Shown: one piece after another, positions 48,684-58,509 of the stretch
How the letters are laid out: each line of letters begins with the position of its first letter
Position numbering within the stretch: the first letter of the stretch is position 1
Origin: Deltaproteobacteria bacterium HGW-Deltaproteobacteria-6
GTDB lineage: Bacteria; Desulfobacterota; Syntrophia; Syntrophales; Smithellaceae
DNA: 64,000 nucleotides
Reading direction: 5' to 3'
Assembly: GCA_002840435.1 (NCBI GenBank)
Contig: PHAT01000010.1
Span: 26,393-90,392 of the forward strand
The notes under the pieces: generated by a model
The model's database searches: none
What the model saw: the letters and a program-made list of their open reading frames with translations, nothing else
Told to the model about the DNA's origin: nothing
Translations under genes and position numbers: made by a program

Positions 48684-49241
48684 ATGAATATACCAAATTT
48701 TTTATCATTACTGCGGATTATCCTGGTTCCTGTATTTGTCATTTTTCTGATTCAGATGGAATATGATAAGGCACTGGTAACTTTTGTGGTGGCGGGACTT
48801 ACCGACGCTCTGGACGGGACACTGGCCCGTTTGCTGAACTGTCAGACAACCTTGGGCGCATATCTTGATCCTATCGCGGATAAATTTCTGCTGGTCACCA
48901 GTTTTGTGACGCTGGCAATCTTCGGTCTTATCCCGGGATGGCTGGCCGTTATTGTCATCAGCCGTGATTTTATTATTCTATTGGGCATAGCTATTTTGGC
49001 TTTAATGTCAGTTTCTTACGAGATAAAACCGGCTGTTGTCGGTAAAATTACAACAGCTTTGCAGGTGGCTACCATTTTCCTCGCTTTGCTTTACAAATCG
49101 GTTACCCATGACTTCGCGTATTACTGGATTACCGCCCTTTGCTGGACTACGGCTTTATTTACCGTTATTTCCGGTTTGGTTTACATTATGCGCGGGATCC
49201 GGATATTGAATAAATCCGAAGTCGAAGAGGTTAAAAAATAA
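48684..49241 (+). CDS. pgsA: CDP-diacylglycerol--glycerol-3-phosphate 3-phosphatidyltransferase (CDP-alcohol phosphatidyltransferase family)
   Basis: It has the motif DALDGTLARLLNCQTTLGAYLDPIADK (D-x2-DG-x2-AR...G-x3-D-x3-D). The product is 185 aa and multi-TM. Confidence 0.85.
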   Translation: MNIPNFLSLLRIILVPVFVIFLIQMEYDKALVTFVVAGLTDALDGTLARLLNCQTTLGAYLDPIADKFLLVTSFVTLAIFGLIPGWLAVIVISRDFIILLGIAILALMSVSYEIKPAVVGKITTALQVATIFLALLYKSVTHDFAYYWITALCWTTALFTVISGLVYIMRGIRILNKSEVEEVKK

Positions 49242-49406
49242 GATATTTACTTGACACAGCAGCGTTTTACTGCTAGTTGACCAAACTCTGAAAATTGAAT
49301 TCGTCAGCAAGCGTATACCCTAGAAATTGGCTTCGGAATATGCGGGCGAATAAACAATTAGGATGTTCCTTAAGAATCAAAGATTTCCGACGGAAATCTT
49401 TAATAC

Positions 49407-49481
49407 AGGCAAGTAGCTCAGGGGGAGAGCGCCATCCTGACGCGGTGGATGTCCAGGGTTCAAATCCCTGCTTGCCTACCA
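49407..49481 (+). tRNA. tRNA-Val (anticodon GAC), with encoded CCA
   Basis: A manual cloverleaf fold works. The acceptor stem is AGGCAAG/CTTGCCT and the D arm is GCTC-AGGGGGA-GAGC. The anticodon arm is CCATC-CTGACGC-GGTGG and the T arm is CAGGG-TTCAAAT-CCCTG. The discriminator is A, followed by CCA. Confidence 0.9.
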
Positions 49482-49522
49482 TTTTTAAATGAATGTGCAT
49501 GTGCCGTAAATGCCGATAAAGA

Positions 49523-49556
49523 AAAGGGCATCAGCAAAAATGGTGATGCCCTTTTA
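49523..49556 (+). terminator. rho-independent terminator after tRNA-Val
   Basis: The stem aaagggcatca pairs with tgatgcccttt and is followed by Ts. Confidence 0.7.
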
Positions 49557-49601
49557 AAATGAGATAGAATTGTAAATAGTGGCTTTTGAGTATTGATGAT
49601 T

Positions 49602-51509
49602 ATGAAAGTTGTTTTCCCGGATAAAAATGAACAGACGATTTCTGCGGGTGTGACTGTTGGCCAGGCCATCGGTGGCTGGAAAAAAGATGCTCTCGATTCC
49701 GCTGTCGCTGCCAGGGTGAACGGCGTCTCTGTTGATTTGAGTTTTGTCCTGAAAGAAGATTCAAAAGTCGAGCCGATCGCTATTTCATCGAAAGATGGTC
49801 TTTCCATATTGCGTCACAGCACGTCTCATGTCATGGCGCAGGCCGTCCAGGATGTGTTTAAGGGAGCTAAAGTTACGATCGGCCCGTCGATTGAGGATGG
49901 TTTTTACTACGATTTTGAATATGCTGAAACCTTTACGCTCGATGATTTTGAAAAGATTGAAAAAAGGATGAAAGAAATTGTCGTTCTTGATGTTCCTTTT
50001 ATCCGGGAGGAAATGCCTCGCGAGAAGGCTCAAGAGTTGTTTGCGCAAAAGGGTGAAGATTACAAAGTTGAACTTATTCGTGATCTGCCGTCAGATGTTT
50101 CTGTCGTCAGTCTTTATAAAGACGGGAATTATGTCGATTTATGCCGCGGGCCGCACGTTCCGTCAACAGGGAAAATCAGAGCATTTAAACTACTGAGTGT
50201 AGCGGGGGCTTATTGGCGTGGCGATGAAAAAAACAAGATGCTGCAGCGCATTTACGGTACAGGTTTTGCCGATGAGCAGGCGCTTGCTGATTATCTGAAT
50301 CTGCTGGAAGAGGCCAAAAAAAGAGATCACAGGCGTTTGGGCAGAGAACTGGATTTGTTTCAGGTTAATGACGAAGCAGGCGCGGGGCTGATAATTTTTC
50401 ATCCCAAAGGCATGCTGCTGAGATATATCATTGAAGAGTGGGAGAGAAAAGAGCACTTAAAGCGCGGTTACGATATGGTCATGGGGCCTCAGATTCTTAA
50501 GGTCGATCTGTGGAAGAAATCCGGCCATTTTGATCACTACCGCGATAATATGTATTTTACCGAAGTTGACGAGCAGATTTACGGCATTAAGCCGATGAAC
50601 TGTCTGTCTCATATGCTGATTTATAAATCGAAAATCCGCAGTTACCGCGACCTGCCGCTGCGCTATTTTGAATTGGGTACGGTTCATCGTCACGAAAAAA
50701 CGGGCGTGTTGCACGGGTTGATGCGCGTGCGTCAATTTACGCAGGATGACGCTCATATTCTCTGCATGCCCGAACAGCTTAATTCTGAAATCCGCGCTAT
50801 TGCTGATTTTGTCAATTATGCGATGGGTATTTTCGGTTTTGAATATGAAGTGGAATTAAGCACGCGGCCCCAGCATTCCATCGGGTCCGATGCGGATTGG
50901 GAACTGGCTACTCATGCGCTGGAAAATGCTTTAAAGGACAATCATATCAGCTATGAGGTGAATGAAGGCGACGGTGCTTTCTACGGGCCGAAAATTGATT
51001 TTAAAATCAAAGATGCTTTAAAAAGAAAATGGCAGTGTGCGACGATCCAGTGCGATTTTACGCTTCCGGAGCGTTTTGATCTGAGTTATATTGGCGCCGA
51101 CGGCGAAAAGCATCGTCCCGTCATGCTGCATCGGGTTATTCTGGGTGCAATAGAACGGTTTATGGGCGTTCTCATCGAACAGTATGCGGGTGCCTTTCCG
51201 GTCTGGCTGGCGCCGACGCAATGTGTTTTGTTGACGGTGACGGACAAGCACATTCCTTACGCCCAAACGGTTTTTAACCGATTAATCGATGCCGGCATTC
51301 GCTGTGAGAAATATTTTGACAATGAAAAATTAGGCTATAAAATCCGCCAGGCGCAGATGCAGAAAATTCCTTACATGCTGGTTATCGGCGATAAGGAAAT
51401 GGAGGCCGGGGCTGTTGCGCCGCGTCTTCGTGACGGACAGAATCTGGGCGCGTTGCCGGTTGAACAATTTATTGATTTAGTGCGGGAAATGTGTGAAAAA
51501 AAGAAGTAG
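49602..51509 (+). CDS. thrS: threonine--tRNA ligase
   Basis: It has a TGS domain, an editing domain, the class II motifs ([24 protein letters not shown]) and an anticodon-binding domain. Possible starts lie at 49593, 49596 and 49602. Confidence 0.95.
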   Translation: MKVVFPDKNEQTISAGVTVGQAIGGWKKDALDSAVAARVNGVSVDLSFVLKEDSKVEPIAISSKDGLSILRHSTSHVMAQAVQDVFKGAKVTIGPSIEDGFYYDFEYAETFTLDDFEKIEKRMKEIVVLDVPFIREEMPREKAQELFAQKGEDYKVELIRDLPSDVSVVSLYKDGNYVDLCRGPHVPSTGKIRAFKLLSVAGAYWRGDEKNKMLQRIYGTGFADEQALADYLNLLEEAKKRDHRRLGRELDLFQVNDEAGAGLIIFHPKGMLLRYIIEEWERKEHLKRGYDMVMGPQILKVDLWKKSGHFDHYRDNMYFTEVDEQIYGIKPMNCLSHMLIYKSKIRSYRDLPLRYFELGTVHRHEKTGVLHGLMRVRQFTQDDAHILCMPEQLNSEIRAIADFVNYAMGIFGFEYEVELSTRPQHSIGSDADWELATHALENALKDNHISYEVNEGDGAFYGPKIDFKIKDALKRKWQCATIQCDFTLPERFDLSYIGADGEKHRPVMLHRVILGAIERFMGVLIEQYAGAFPVWLAPTQCVLLTVTDKHIPYAQTVFNRLIDAGIRCEKYFDNEKLGYKIRQAQMQKIPYMLVIGDKEMEAGAVAPRLRDGQNLGALPVEQFIDLVREMCEKKK

Positions 51510-51546
51510 AATTTTATTCAAGTACTAATTGCTGGGGAGGTGCCGT

Positions 51547-52056
51547 ATAGTTAAGGATTTAAGAATCAACCGAGAAATAAAGTCAGCGACTGTAAGAGTT
51601 ATTAATGAGGAAGGACAGCCACTGGGCGTTATTTCGCTGGATGAAGCAATTGCCAATGCGGAGAGAGTCGGTCTGGACCTGGTGGAAGTATCAGCCAACA
51701 CCGAACCCCCTGTCTGCAAAATCATGGATTACGGCAAGTACCGTTATAAACAAAGCAAAAAAATCCATGATGCCAGAAAGGCGCAGACGGTTATTCATGT
51801 GAAGGAAATCCGTTTAAGACCCAAAACGGAAGCGCACGATTTGCAGACGAAAATAAACCATATTAAGAAGTTTTTAGAACAACATGATAAAGTGAAGATC
51901 TCGATGATGTTCCGTGGACGCGAAATCGCTTTTACAGAGATCGGCCGAAAATTGATGGACAAGATTAAAATTGCGTTGGCCGATGAATGTATTATGGATC
52001 AGGAACCCAGGCTGGAAGGCCGGAACATGGTCATGATTGTTTCACCAAAAAAATAA
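51547..52056 (+). CDS. infC: translation initiation factor IF-3 (probable non-canonical ATA start)
   Basis: The translation RINREIKSATVRVINEEGQPLGVISLDEAI...PPVCKIMDYGKY is canonical IF-3. The strong RBS GGGGAGG (51534-51540) lies 6 nt before the in-frame ATA at 51547. Confidence 0.9.
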   Translation: MVKDLRINREIKSATVRVINEEGQPLGVISLDEAIANAERVGLDLVEVSANTEPPVCKIMDYGKYRYKQSKKIHDARKAQTVIHVKEIRLRPKTEAHDLQTKINHIKKFLEQHDKVKISMMFRGREIAFTEIGRKLMDKIKIALADECIMDQEPRLEGRNMVMIVSPKK

Positions 52057-52085
52057 TTTAACAGGAATGAAAAAGAGGTGAGAAT

Positions 52086-52283
52086 ATGCCAAAGATGAAA
52101 ACACACAGAGGCGCGGCCAAGCGTTTTTCGGTTACCGCCAGTGGTAAGGTGAAACGCAGCAAGGCTTTTGCCAGCCACATCCTTACAAAAAAGACCACCA
52201 AAAGAAAAAGAACTTTAAGGAAATCCACGTTAGTGCATTCAACCAATGAAAGCGCAATCAAGAGGCTTATTCCTTATTTATAG
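52086..52283 (+). CDS. rpmI: 50S ribosomal protein L35
   Basis: The translation [14 protein letters not shown]... is canonical L35. Confidence 0.95.
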   Translation: MPKMKTHRGAAKRFSVTASGKVKRSKAFASHILTKKTTKRKRTLRKSTLVHSTNESAIKRLIPYL

Positions 52284-52331
52284 TCGATAAAGCAATACAG
52301 AAGCTGTATTAATTGAGGAGAGTAAAAGAAA

Positions 52332-52691
52332 ATGGCTAGGATAAAAAGAGGCGTCACCGCCCGAAAGAAAAGAAGATCAATATTAAAAAGGGCTAAGGGT
52401 TTCTTTGGCGCGCGCAGCCGTCTGCTTCGGACCGCCACAGAGGCCGTCAACAAGGCCCTGAGTTATGCCTATCGCGACCGCAGGGGTCGTAAAAGAGAAT
52501 TTCGTCAACTATGGATAGCGCGCATCAACGCCGCCGCACGTCTGAACAATATCTCATACAGTCGCCTGATGGACAGCATGAAGAAAGCAGATATCATGCT
52601 GGATCGTAAGATTCTGGCTGAACTGGCTGTTAATGACCCGCAGGGTTTCGCAAAGATCGTGGCCACAGCTAAAGGCGAGCAGGCTGCATGA
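52332..52691 (+). CDS. rplT: 50S ribosomal protein L20
   Basis: The translation [29 protein letters not shown]... is canonical L20. Confidence 0.95.
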   Translation: MARIKRGVTARKKRRSILKRAKGFFGARSRLLRTATEAVNKALSYAYRDRRGRKREFRQLWIARINAAARLNNISYSRLMDSMKKADIMLDRKILAELAVNDPQGFAKIVATAKGEQAA

Positions 52692-53704
52692 TTGGCGATC
52701 TTCAACAACTGGAAAAGGACGCTTTGGCCGAGCTTATAGATGCCCGGACGGAAGATTCGATTCTGGCTGTAAGAACAAAATATCTGGGCCGTAAAGGTCT
52801 GCTCACCGGTCTGTTAAGAAATATTGCCCAGGTTCCGGTTGAGGAGAAACCTCTGTTCGGAAAACGCTGCAATGAAGTAAAAGAGATTCTGGAAACAAAA
52901 ATTACTGAAGCTCTCGAATGTCAGATGCAGGGCAAAAAAGAAGAAATTCTGAACAGGGAAAAAATCGATGTTACGTTGCCCGGCAGAGGCATTCGTCCGG
53001 GTAGAGTTCACCCTGTCATCCAAATCCGTCGTGAAATTTGCGATATCTTCGCTTCTTTCGGTTTTTCTGTGGTCGAAGGACCGGAAGTTGAGTTGGACTA
53101 TTACAATTTTGAAGCGCTCAACATTCCCAAGGATCATCCCGCAAGGGATATGCAGGATACCTTCTATATCGAGGATAATATGGTCCTGCGCACCCATACC
53201 TCACCGGTTCAGGTAAGGATTATGGAAAAGGTGCAGCCTCCCGTGCGTATTCTGTCGCCGGGACGGGTTTACCGGCCGGATTCGGATGTTTCCCACACAC
53301 CCATGTTTCATCAAATTGAAGGGCTGCTGGTTGATCGGGGAGTAAGTTTTGCCGATCTGAAAGGCATCCTGACCGCTTTTCTCAAAAAAGTATTCGGTGA
53401 CGATACGATTTTGCGTTTTCGTCCCAGTTTTTTCCCCTTTACTGAGCCGTCTGCGGAAGTCGATATTTGTTGTGTTATTTGTAAAGGCAAAGGATGCCGT
53501 GTCTGCGGACAAAGCGGCTGGCTGGAGATTTTAGGGTCCGGCATGGTCGATCCTGCTGTTTTTAAAAATGTCGGTTATGATGCCGAAGTTTATTCCGGGT
53601 TTGCCTTCGGACTTGGGCTGGAACGCATCGCCATGCTGAAATACGGCATTACCGATATCCGTCTTTTGTTTGAAAACGATATTCGATTCCTTAAACAATT
53701 CTAG
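52688..53704 (+). CDS. pheS: phenylalanine--tRNA ligase alpha subunit
   Basis: It has the class II motifs ([41 protein letters not shown]). Its start overlaps the rplT stop. Confidence 0.95.
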   Translation: MIGDLQQLEKDALAELIDARTEDSILAVRTKYLGRKGLLTGLLRNIAQVPVEEKPLFGKRCNEVKEILETKITEALECQMQGKKEEILNREKIDVTLPGRGIRPGRVHPVIQIRREICDIFASFGFSVVEGPEVELDYYNFEALNIPKDHPARDMQDTFYIEDNMVLRTHTSPVQVRIMEKVQPPVRILSPGRVYRPDSDVSHTPMFHQIEGLLVDRGVSFADLKGILTAFLKKVFGDDTILRFRPSFFPFTEPSAEVDICCVICKGKGCRVCGQSGWLEILGSGMVDPAVFKNVGYDAEVYSGFAFGLGLERIAMLKYGITDIRLLFENDIRFLKQF

Positions 53705-53718
53705 GAGAGCTTTATCTC

Positions 53719-56127
53719 ATGCTCGTCAGTCTCAAGTGGCTTAATGATTATATTGATCTGGAATTAACGGCGCAGGAACTTGCTGACCGCTTAACAATGG
53801 CCGGTCTGGAGGTCGATGAAATCAAAACGCTGGCGCATAAATTTGCAGGTGTCGTGGTCGCCAGGATTTTATCCGTCAGACCGCATCCTGACGCGGATAA
53901 ACTGTCTTTGTGCGATGTGACGGATGGAACCGGGACGTACCCGATTGTCTGCGGCGCTAAAAATATTAAAGCCGGGGATGTGGTGCCTCTGGCGAAAGTC
54001 GGAGCGGTTATTCCCGGTGGATACACGATCAAATCAACGGTATTGCGCGGCGAGAAATCCGACGGCATGCTCTGTTCGGAGGCGGAACTGGAAATCGGTG
54101 ATGACGCGTCCGGTATCATGCAATTACCGGCAGGCCTTGCACTCGGGACGCCACTGGAGACGGCCCTGAATCTGGGTGATACGGTCCTGGATGTCAGTGT
54201 TACACCGAACCGGTCCGACTGCCTGAGCATGATCGGTATGGCCCGTGAAGTTGCCGCCTTAACCGGTAAGAAAGTAAAAATGCCGGCTGTTAAAATCAAA
54301 GAATCAGACGAAGATATTTCTTCGCTTTCAGCGGTATCTATCGTTGATGCGGATCTCTGCCCGCGTTATTCCGCCCGGATGATTAAAAACGTTAAAGTCG
54401 GCGATTCTCCGGTATGGATAAAAACTCGGCTGGAAGCCGCCGGGCTGCGCGCGATCAACAATGTTGTTGATGTGACGAACTTTGTCATGCTGGAAATGGG
54501 TCAACCGCTGCACGCTTTCGATTTCCGTTTTCTGGAAGAGGGGCGCATCGTTGTGCGAAAATCAAGAACGGGCGAAGAATTTGTTTCGCTCGATGAAAAA
54601 AGCCGTATCCTGCCGGAAGACACCCTGTTGATCTGCGATGGCCGGAAACCTGTTGCGATTGGCGGAATTATGGGCGGTCTCAATTCAGAAGTGAAGGAAG
54701 ACACGCAGGTCATTTTCCTGGAGAGCGCTTATTTCAATCCTTCATCCATTCGCCGTTCGTCGCGCCGTATGGCGATGCCGACTGATGCCGCTTTTCGTTT
54801 CGAGAGAGGCATTGACCCGGAGGGCGTAATTCGGGCACTCAATCGCGCGGCTCAATTAATTGCTGAACTTTCCGGCGGTTCTATCTGTAAAAATTATCTG
54901 GATGAATATCCGGAAAAAATAGCGGTTGTGGAAAACATTCCCCTGCGTCTGGACAGAATCCGTGAAATGATCGGCATCGACATTGCGGCCAAAGACGTTG
55001 TTCGTATTCTAAAGAGCATCGGTATGACCGTACGGCAGGAAAGCAAGGGAAAATACTGCGTAACGCCGCCAACGTATCGTGTGGATATTGAGAGAGAAAT
55101 TGATCTGATTGAAGAAGTTGTGCGTCTTTATGGTTATGATCGCGTGCCGGTAACTCTGCCGGCCGTTTCGGTGACAGAGATGGCGGTCATTCCGCGCCTC
55201 GATCTGGAGGCAAGAATCCGTCAGTTGTTAATCGGCAGCGGTTATTCAGAAATCATCAATTACAGTTTTACATCGCCTGCCTCGGTCGATTATCTGTGCC
55301 TGTCACCAACCGATGAACGCCGCAAGTTTGTGGTCATCAAGAATCCTCTGACGGAAGAGCAATCGGTGATGCGGACAACTCTGGCTTACGGATTGCTGGA
55401 AACACTGAAAAAAAATATTAATAATGCATCCTTCAATTTAAAAATATTTGAAATAGGGCGGATATTCCTGCATCGCAAGGCGGGAGAACTGCCGGAGGAA
55501 AAAAATATCCTGGCCGGCCTTTTAACGGGGAAAGTATCGGAAGACCTCTGGGGATCAAAAGTGAACGTTGATTTTTATGATCTCAAAGGCTGTCTGGAAA
55601 ATGTCTTTTATGATTTGAAACTGGAACAGTGCCATTATCGAGCTTGCGTATCGGAACAATTTCTTCATCCCGGTCAATCATGCGGCCTGTATGTCAATGA
55701 GACGCAAATAGGTTACCTGGGCCAGGTGCATCCGGAAGTAATGCAGAAAGCAGATATTAAGGGAACTGCGTATGTGTTTGAAATTAATCTTGATATATTA
55801 GAAAAACAGATATATAAGCAAATCAGTTTCAAGGAAATATCTAAATTCCCGGCTGTTACCCGTGATGTCGCTTTTGTCATTCCTGTGTCGATGGAAGCCC
55901 AGCAGATGCTGGAAATTGTTTTGAGTCAACGTGAAGATTTGCTTGAAAATGTGGGGATATTTGATATATACGCTGGCAAAGGTCTTGAAGAAGGGGTAAA
56001 GAGTTTGGGGTTGAGATTTTCCTATCGTGCTCTTGACAGGACTTTAACGGATACGGAAATCAATTCTATTCACGACAAAATTATGCACAACACTGTCCGA
56101 CTAACGAGTGCAAAAATAAGAGCCTAA
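53719..56127 (+). CDS. pheT: phenylalanine--tRNA ligase beta subunit
   Basis: The 802-aa product has the N-terminal tRNA-binding domain (MLVSLKWLNDYI...), B3/4, B5 and FDX-ACB domains. Confidence 0.95.
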   Translation: MLVSLKWLNDYIDLELTAQELADRLTMAGLEVDEIKTLAHKFAGVVVARILSVRPHPDADKLSLCDVTDGTGTYPIVCGAKNIKAGDVVPLAKVGAVIPGGYTIKSTVLRGEKSDGMLCSEAELEIGDDASGIMQLPAGLALGTPLETALNLGDTVLDVSVTPNRSDCLSMIGMAREVAALTGKKVKMPAVKIKESDEDISSLSAVSIVDADLCPRYSARMIKNVKVGDSPVWIKTRLEAAGLRAINNVVDVTNFVMLEMGQPLHAFDFRFLEEGRIVVRKSRTGEEFVSLDEKSRILPEDTLLICDGRKPVAIGGIMGGLNSEVKEDTQVIFLESAYFNPSSIRRSSRRMAMPTDAAFRFERGIDPEGVIRALNRAAQLIAELSGGSICKNYLDEYPEKIAVVENIPLRLDRIREMIGIDIAAKDVVRILKSIGMTVRQESKGKYCVTPPTYRVDIEREIDLIEEVVRLYGYDRVPVTLPAVSVTEMAVIPRLDLEARIRQLLIGSGYSEIINYSFTSPASVDYLCLSPTDERRKFVVIKNPLTEEQSVMRTTLAYGLLETLKKNINNASFNLKIFEIGRIFLHRKAGELPEEKNILAGLLTGKVSEDLWGSKVNVDFYDLKGCLENVFYDLKLEQCHYRACVSEQFLHPGQSCGLYVNETQIGYLGQVHPEVMQKADIKGTAYVFEINLDILEKQIYKQISFKEISKFPAVTRDVAFVIPVSMEAQQMLEIVLSQREDLLENVGIFDIYAGKGLEEGVKSLGLRFSYRALDRTLTDTEINSIHDKIMHNTVRLTSAKIRA

Positions 56128-56160
56128 CAGTTTACATGACGTTAAAACGGAGGAAAAGAA

Positions 56161-56436
56161 ATGACGAAAATTGATATTATTCAGAATGTTTATGAAAAAC
56201 TCGGTTTTTCCAAAAAAGAATCAGCGGATATTGTTGAATCCGTGTTTGACATCATCAAAGACAGCCTTGCGCAGGGCGAGAGAGTAAAAATATCCGGATT
56301 TGGAAATTTTATGGTGAAAGAGAAACGCGCAAGACGCGGCCGTAATCCCCAGACCGGACAGGAAATATCCATTACCGCGCGCCGGGTTTTGACTTTTAAA
56401 TCCTCCCAGGTTTTGCGTAAATCTTTAAACGGTTAA
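56161..56436 (+). CDS. ihfA: integration host factor alpha subunit (HU/IHF family)
   Basis: It has the motifs ISGFGNFMVKEKRARRGRNPQTGQEI. The gene is located after pheT as in many proteobacteria. Confidence 0.85.
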   Translation: MTKIDIIQNVYEKLGFSKKESADIVESVFDIIKDSLAQGERVKISGFGNFMVKEKRARRGRNPQTGQEISITARRVLTFKSSQVLRKSLNG

Positions 56437-56483
56437 TAATTTTATTCAACTGCACCGTTTATTCTGAAATTTTAAAAAACTAT

Positions 56484-56516
56484 TCCCGTTCATTTTTGGA
56501 CGGGGAGTTTTTTTAT
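56484..56516 (+). terminator. weak hairpin plus T-run after ihfA
   Basis: The short stem cccgt...acggg is followed by gagttttttt. Confidence 0.4.
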
Positions 56517-56562
56517 TTTATCAGGTTGCAGCTGTTTTTCTCCGTAAGGATTCGAGAATTGT

Positions 56563-56901
56563 ATGGATAACATCATTCCCGAAAAGGCTTATTTCCGTAT
56601 TGGAGAAGTGAGCAAAATTCTCAGTGTCGAACCCTATGTTATTCGTTACTGGGAAACGGAATTTAAAACGGTCAAACCGGTACGGACAAAGACGGCTCAG
56701 CGCCTGTACCGGAAAAAAGATGTAGAGGAATTATTAATCATCCGCGAGTTGCTTTATCAGCAGCGTTTCACGATCAGCGGGGCAAAAAAGCAACTGATGA
56801 AAATGCGCGGCGATGAAGAACCGGTGAGTGTATCCGGTCACCATGAAAAATTAACTTTAATTAAAAAAGAATTACAGCAAATCAGAAAGATAATGAGCTA
56901 A
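56563..56901 (+). CDS. MerR-family transcriptional regulator (small, no obvious effector domain)
   Basis: The N-terminal wHTH is YFRIGEVSKILSVEPYVIRYWETEF...RLYRKKDVEELLIIRELL. The product is 112 aa. Confidence 0.85.
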   Translation: MDNIIPEKAYFRIGEVSKILSVEPYVIRYWETEFKTVKPVRTKTAQRLYRKKDVEELLIIRELLYQQRFTISGAKKQLMKMRGDEEPVSVSGHHEKLTLIKKELQQIRKIMS

Positions 56902-56932
56902 AAAGCCGGCAATGATCATTGCCGGCTTTTTA
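56900..56932. terminator. bidirectional rho-independent terminator
   Basis: The sequence aaaaagccggcaatg-at-cattgccggcttttt has a perfect stem with A- and T-runs. It lies between convergent genes. Confidence 0.8.
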
Positions 56933-56953
56933 GCTTTTGAACAGCAGGAATTG

Positions 56954-57235
56954 TTATTTCTTCTTGTTTGCTCTTTTAGAAGCTTTGAGCGGGTTGATCT
57001 TCTGAGTTTCCTTAATTTCAATTTTAACATGTGATGCGGTCGGACAGTTACCGGTCATCCACTTGCTTTTCGGATCCGGATAGACCTTGCAGTATTTCCC
57101 TGTCTCGTATTCGAAAACCTTATTGCAATCCCCGCATTTGTCGATTATCACAACACAACTGCCGCCGAAGAAGCCACAGCCTTTTTTGCTCATGAAAGCG
57201 CATTCCACCCCATTTTTTACTGTCTGGCAAAGCAT
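56954..57235 (-). CDS. PxxKW-family cysteine-rich small protein
   Basis: The 93-aa product has about 10 Cys residues, the motif YPDPKSKW (P-x-x-K-W), and a Lys-rich tail. The family name is recalled from NCBI nomenclature. Confidence 0.6.
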   Translation of the reverse strand: MLCQTVKNGVECAFMSKKGCGFFGGSCVVIIDKCGDCNKVFEYETGKYCKVYPDPKSKWMTGNCPTASHVKIEIKETQKINPLKASKRANKKK

Positions 57236-57491
57236 TTTACACGACCCCCCTTATATAATAAATAAACGATTTCTGAGACGTTGCGGAAAGGAGCATTAGT
57301 CAGGAAGCATCCACAGTCGCCGCTGATATTAAAACCGGCGTGTCCTTAACAGCAAAAAAAACCCCTGTCAAGAAAAATTAAAGCTTATCGATTTGATGTG
57401 ATTAAATTGACTTAGTTTATCATTTATGTTAGTTCCTTCGGCACATAAAAGTAGAAAAATAATCAAGATATATGCGTCTGGGGCCGTCGGT

Positions 57492-58244
57492 ATGAAAAGA
57501 GAGGCTTTAATTCAAATATTTATAAGGTCTTTTTTCATCCACGCTGCATTGAACTTCCGACGAATGCAAAATCTTGGTTTCGTGTATGCGATGATTCCGC
57601 TTCTCCGTGAGCAGAAAATGTCCGGAAAGGATGAAACAGAGATACTGACACGGCATTTGCAAATGTTTAATACGCATCCCTATTTATCGGCGCCGCTGAT
57701 CGGCTCGATCGTCCGGATGGAGGAGCAAAGGCAGGATGTCACTTCCATCATGATGGTCAAGCAAAGTTTAATGGGGCCCTACGCAGCGATTGGCGATACT
57801 TTTTTCTGGGGAGCGCTCAGACCCTGCGCCGGAATATTTGCGGCTGGTCTGGCCTGGATGGGTTGGATGCTGGCACCTTTAGCCTTTATCGTGATCTATG
57901 AACCTATGCATATCTGGGTGAGATTGAAGGGCTTCATGGAAGGTTACCGCCAGGGAAAGCAGGGGATTGAATTTGTCCGTAGAATCGATTTGCCGCGCAT
58001 TGCGGGTCGGGTGCGATGGTTGTCCCTGATCGTTCTGGCCGGTTTTGGCGCCTTGCTTTTGCAGAGTGGGTATTCGGCTTTTGCCGGAATGCAGCGGTTT
58101 GTTGTAGCGGCGGCCGCACTGGCTGTCATCCTGATTTGCTGGCTTTTGATTAAAAAAGGCGTATCGCAAATTTATATTCTATATGGAGCAGTTGTTCTTT
58201 TTTTGATTTTTTCAGCGAAAGAATTATTAATGTGTTGGAAATGA
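57492..58244 (+). CDS. PTS mannose/fructose/sorbose-family IID-like membrane component
   Basis: The N-terminus FIRSFFIHAALNFRRMQNLGFVYAMIPLL resembles the ManZ/IID signature (..NYERMQN.GF..). It is followed by ptsH and ptsI. The start at 57492 is uncertain. Confidence 0.7.
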   Translation: MKREALIQIFIRSFFIHAALNFRRMQNLGFVYAMIPLLREQKMSGKDETEILTRHLQMFNTHPYLSAPLIGSIVRMEEQRQDVTSIMMVKQSLMGPYAAIGDTFFWGALRPCAGIFAAGLAWMGWMLAPLAFIVIYEPMHIWVRLKGFMEGYRQGKQGIEFVRRIDLPRIAGRVRWLSLIVLAGFGALLLQSGYSAFAGMQRFVVAAAALAVILICWLLIKKGVSQIYILYGAVVLFLIFSAKELLMCWK

Positions 58245-58501
58245 AGACATTTAAATTAAAAAATAAGTTAGGACTGCATGCGCGCGCGGCTGCGTCATTT
58301 GTCCGGATCGCACAGAAATATCGTGCGGAAATATTCATTGAGCGCAATGGTCAAACTGTTAATGGGAAAAGCATCCTGGGAATATTGACGCTTGCCTGTC
58401 CGATGGGCAGTATGATAACAGTAACGGCCGAAGGCGCCGACGCGGCCGGGGCTCTGGCCGAGCTTGAAGCGTTGATTGAAAATAAATTTGGAGAAGAATA
58501 A
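58241..58501 (+). CDS. ptsH: phosphocarrier protein HPr
   Basis: It has GLHARAA (the His15 site) and NGKSILGIL (the Ser46 context). Its ATG overlaps the IID stop (ATGA). Confidence 0.9.
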   Translation: MKTFKLKNKLGLHARAAASFVRIAQKYRAEIFIERNGQTVNGKSILGILTLACPMGSMITVTAEGADAAGALAELEALIENKFGEE

Positions 58502-58509
58502 ACCATAAC

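Noticed and set aside
49379-49401. Perfect 10-bp hairpin (aaagatttcc-gac-ggaaatcttt) ending 5 nt before the tRNA-Val 5' end.
   Set aside because: The hairpin is real in the sequence, but no functional interpretation can be supported. It lacks a T-run, so it is not a clear terminator, and it is probably just part of the pre-tRNA leader.
49273-49500. ORFs of 75 aa (minus strand) and 65 aa (plus strand) overlapping the tRNA-Val locus.
   Set aside because: The region folds into a complete canonical tRNA with an encoded CCA, and the ORFs have no coding support.
49523-49601. T-box or attenuator-type leader upstream of thrS.
   Set aside because: Only one simple hairpin with a T-run is present. It directly follows tRNA-Val and is best read as that tRNA's terminator. 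No specifier loop or T-box sequence is present.
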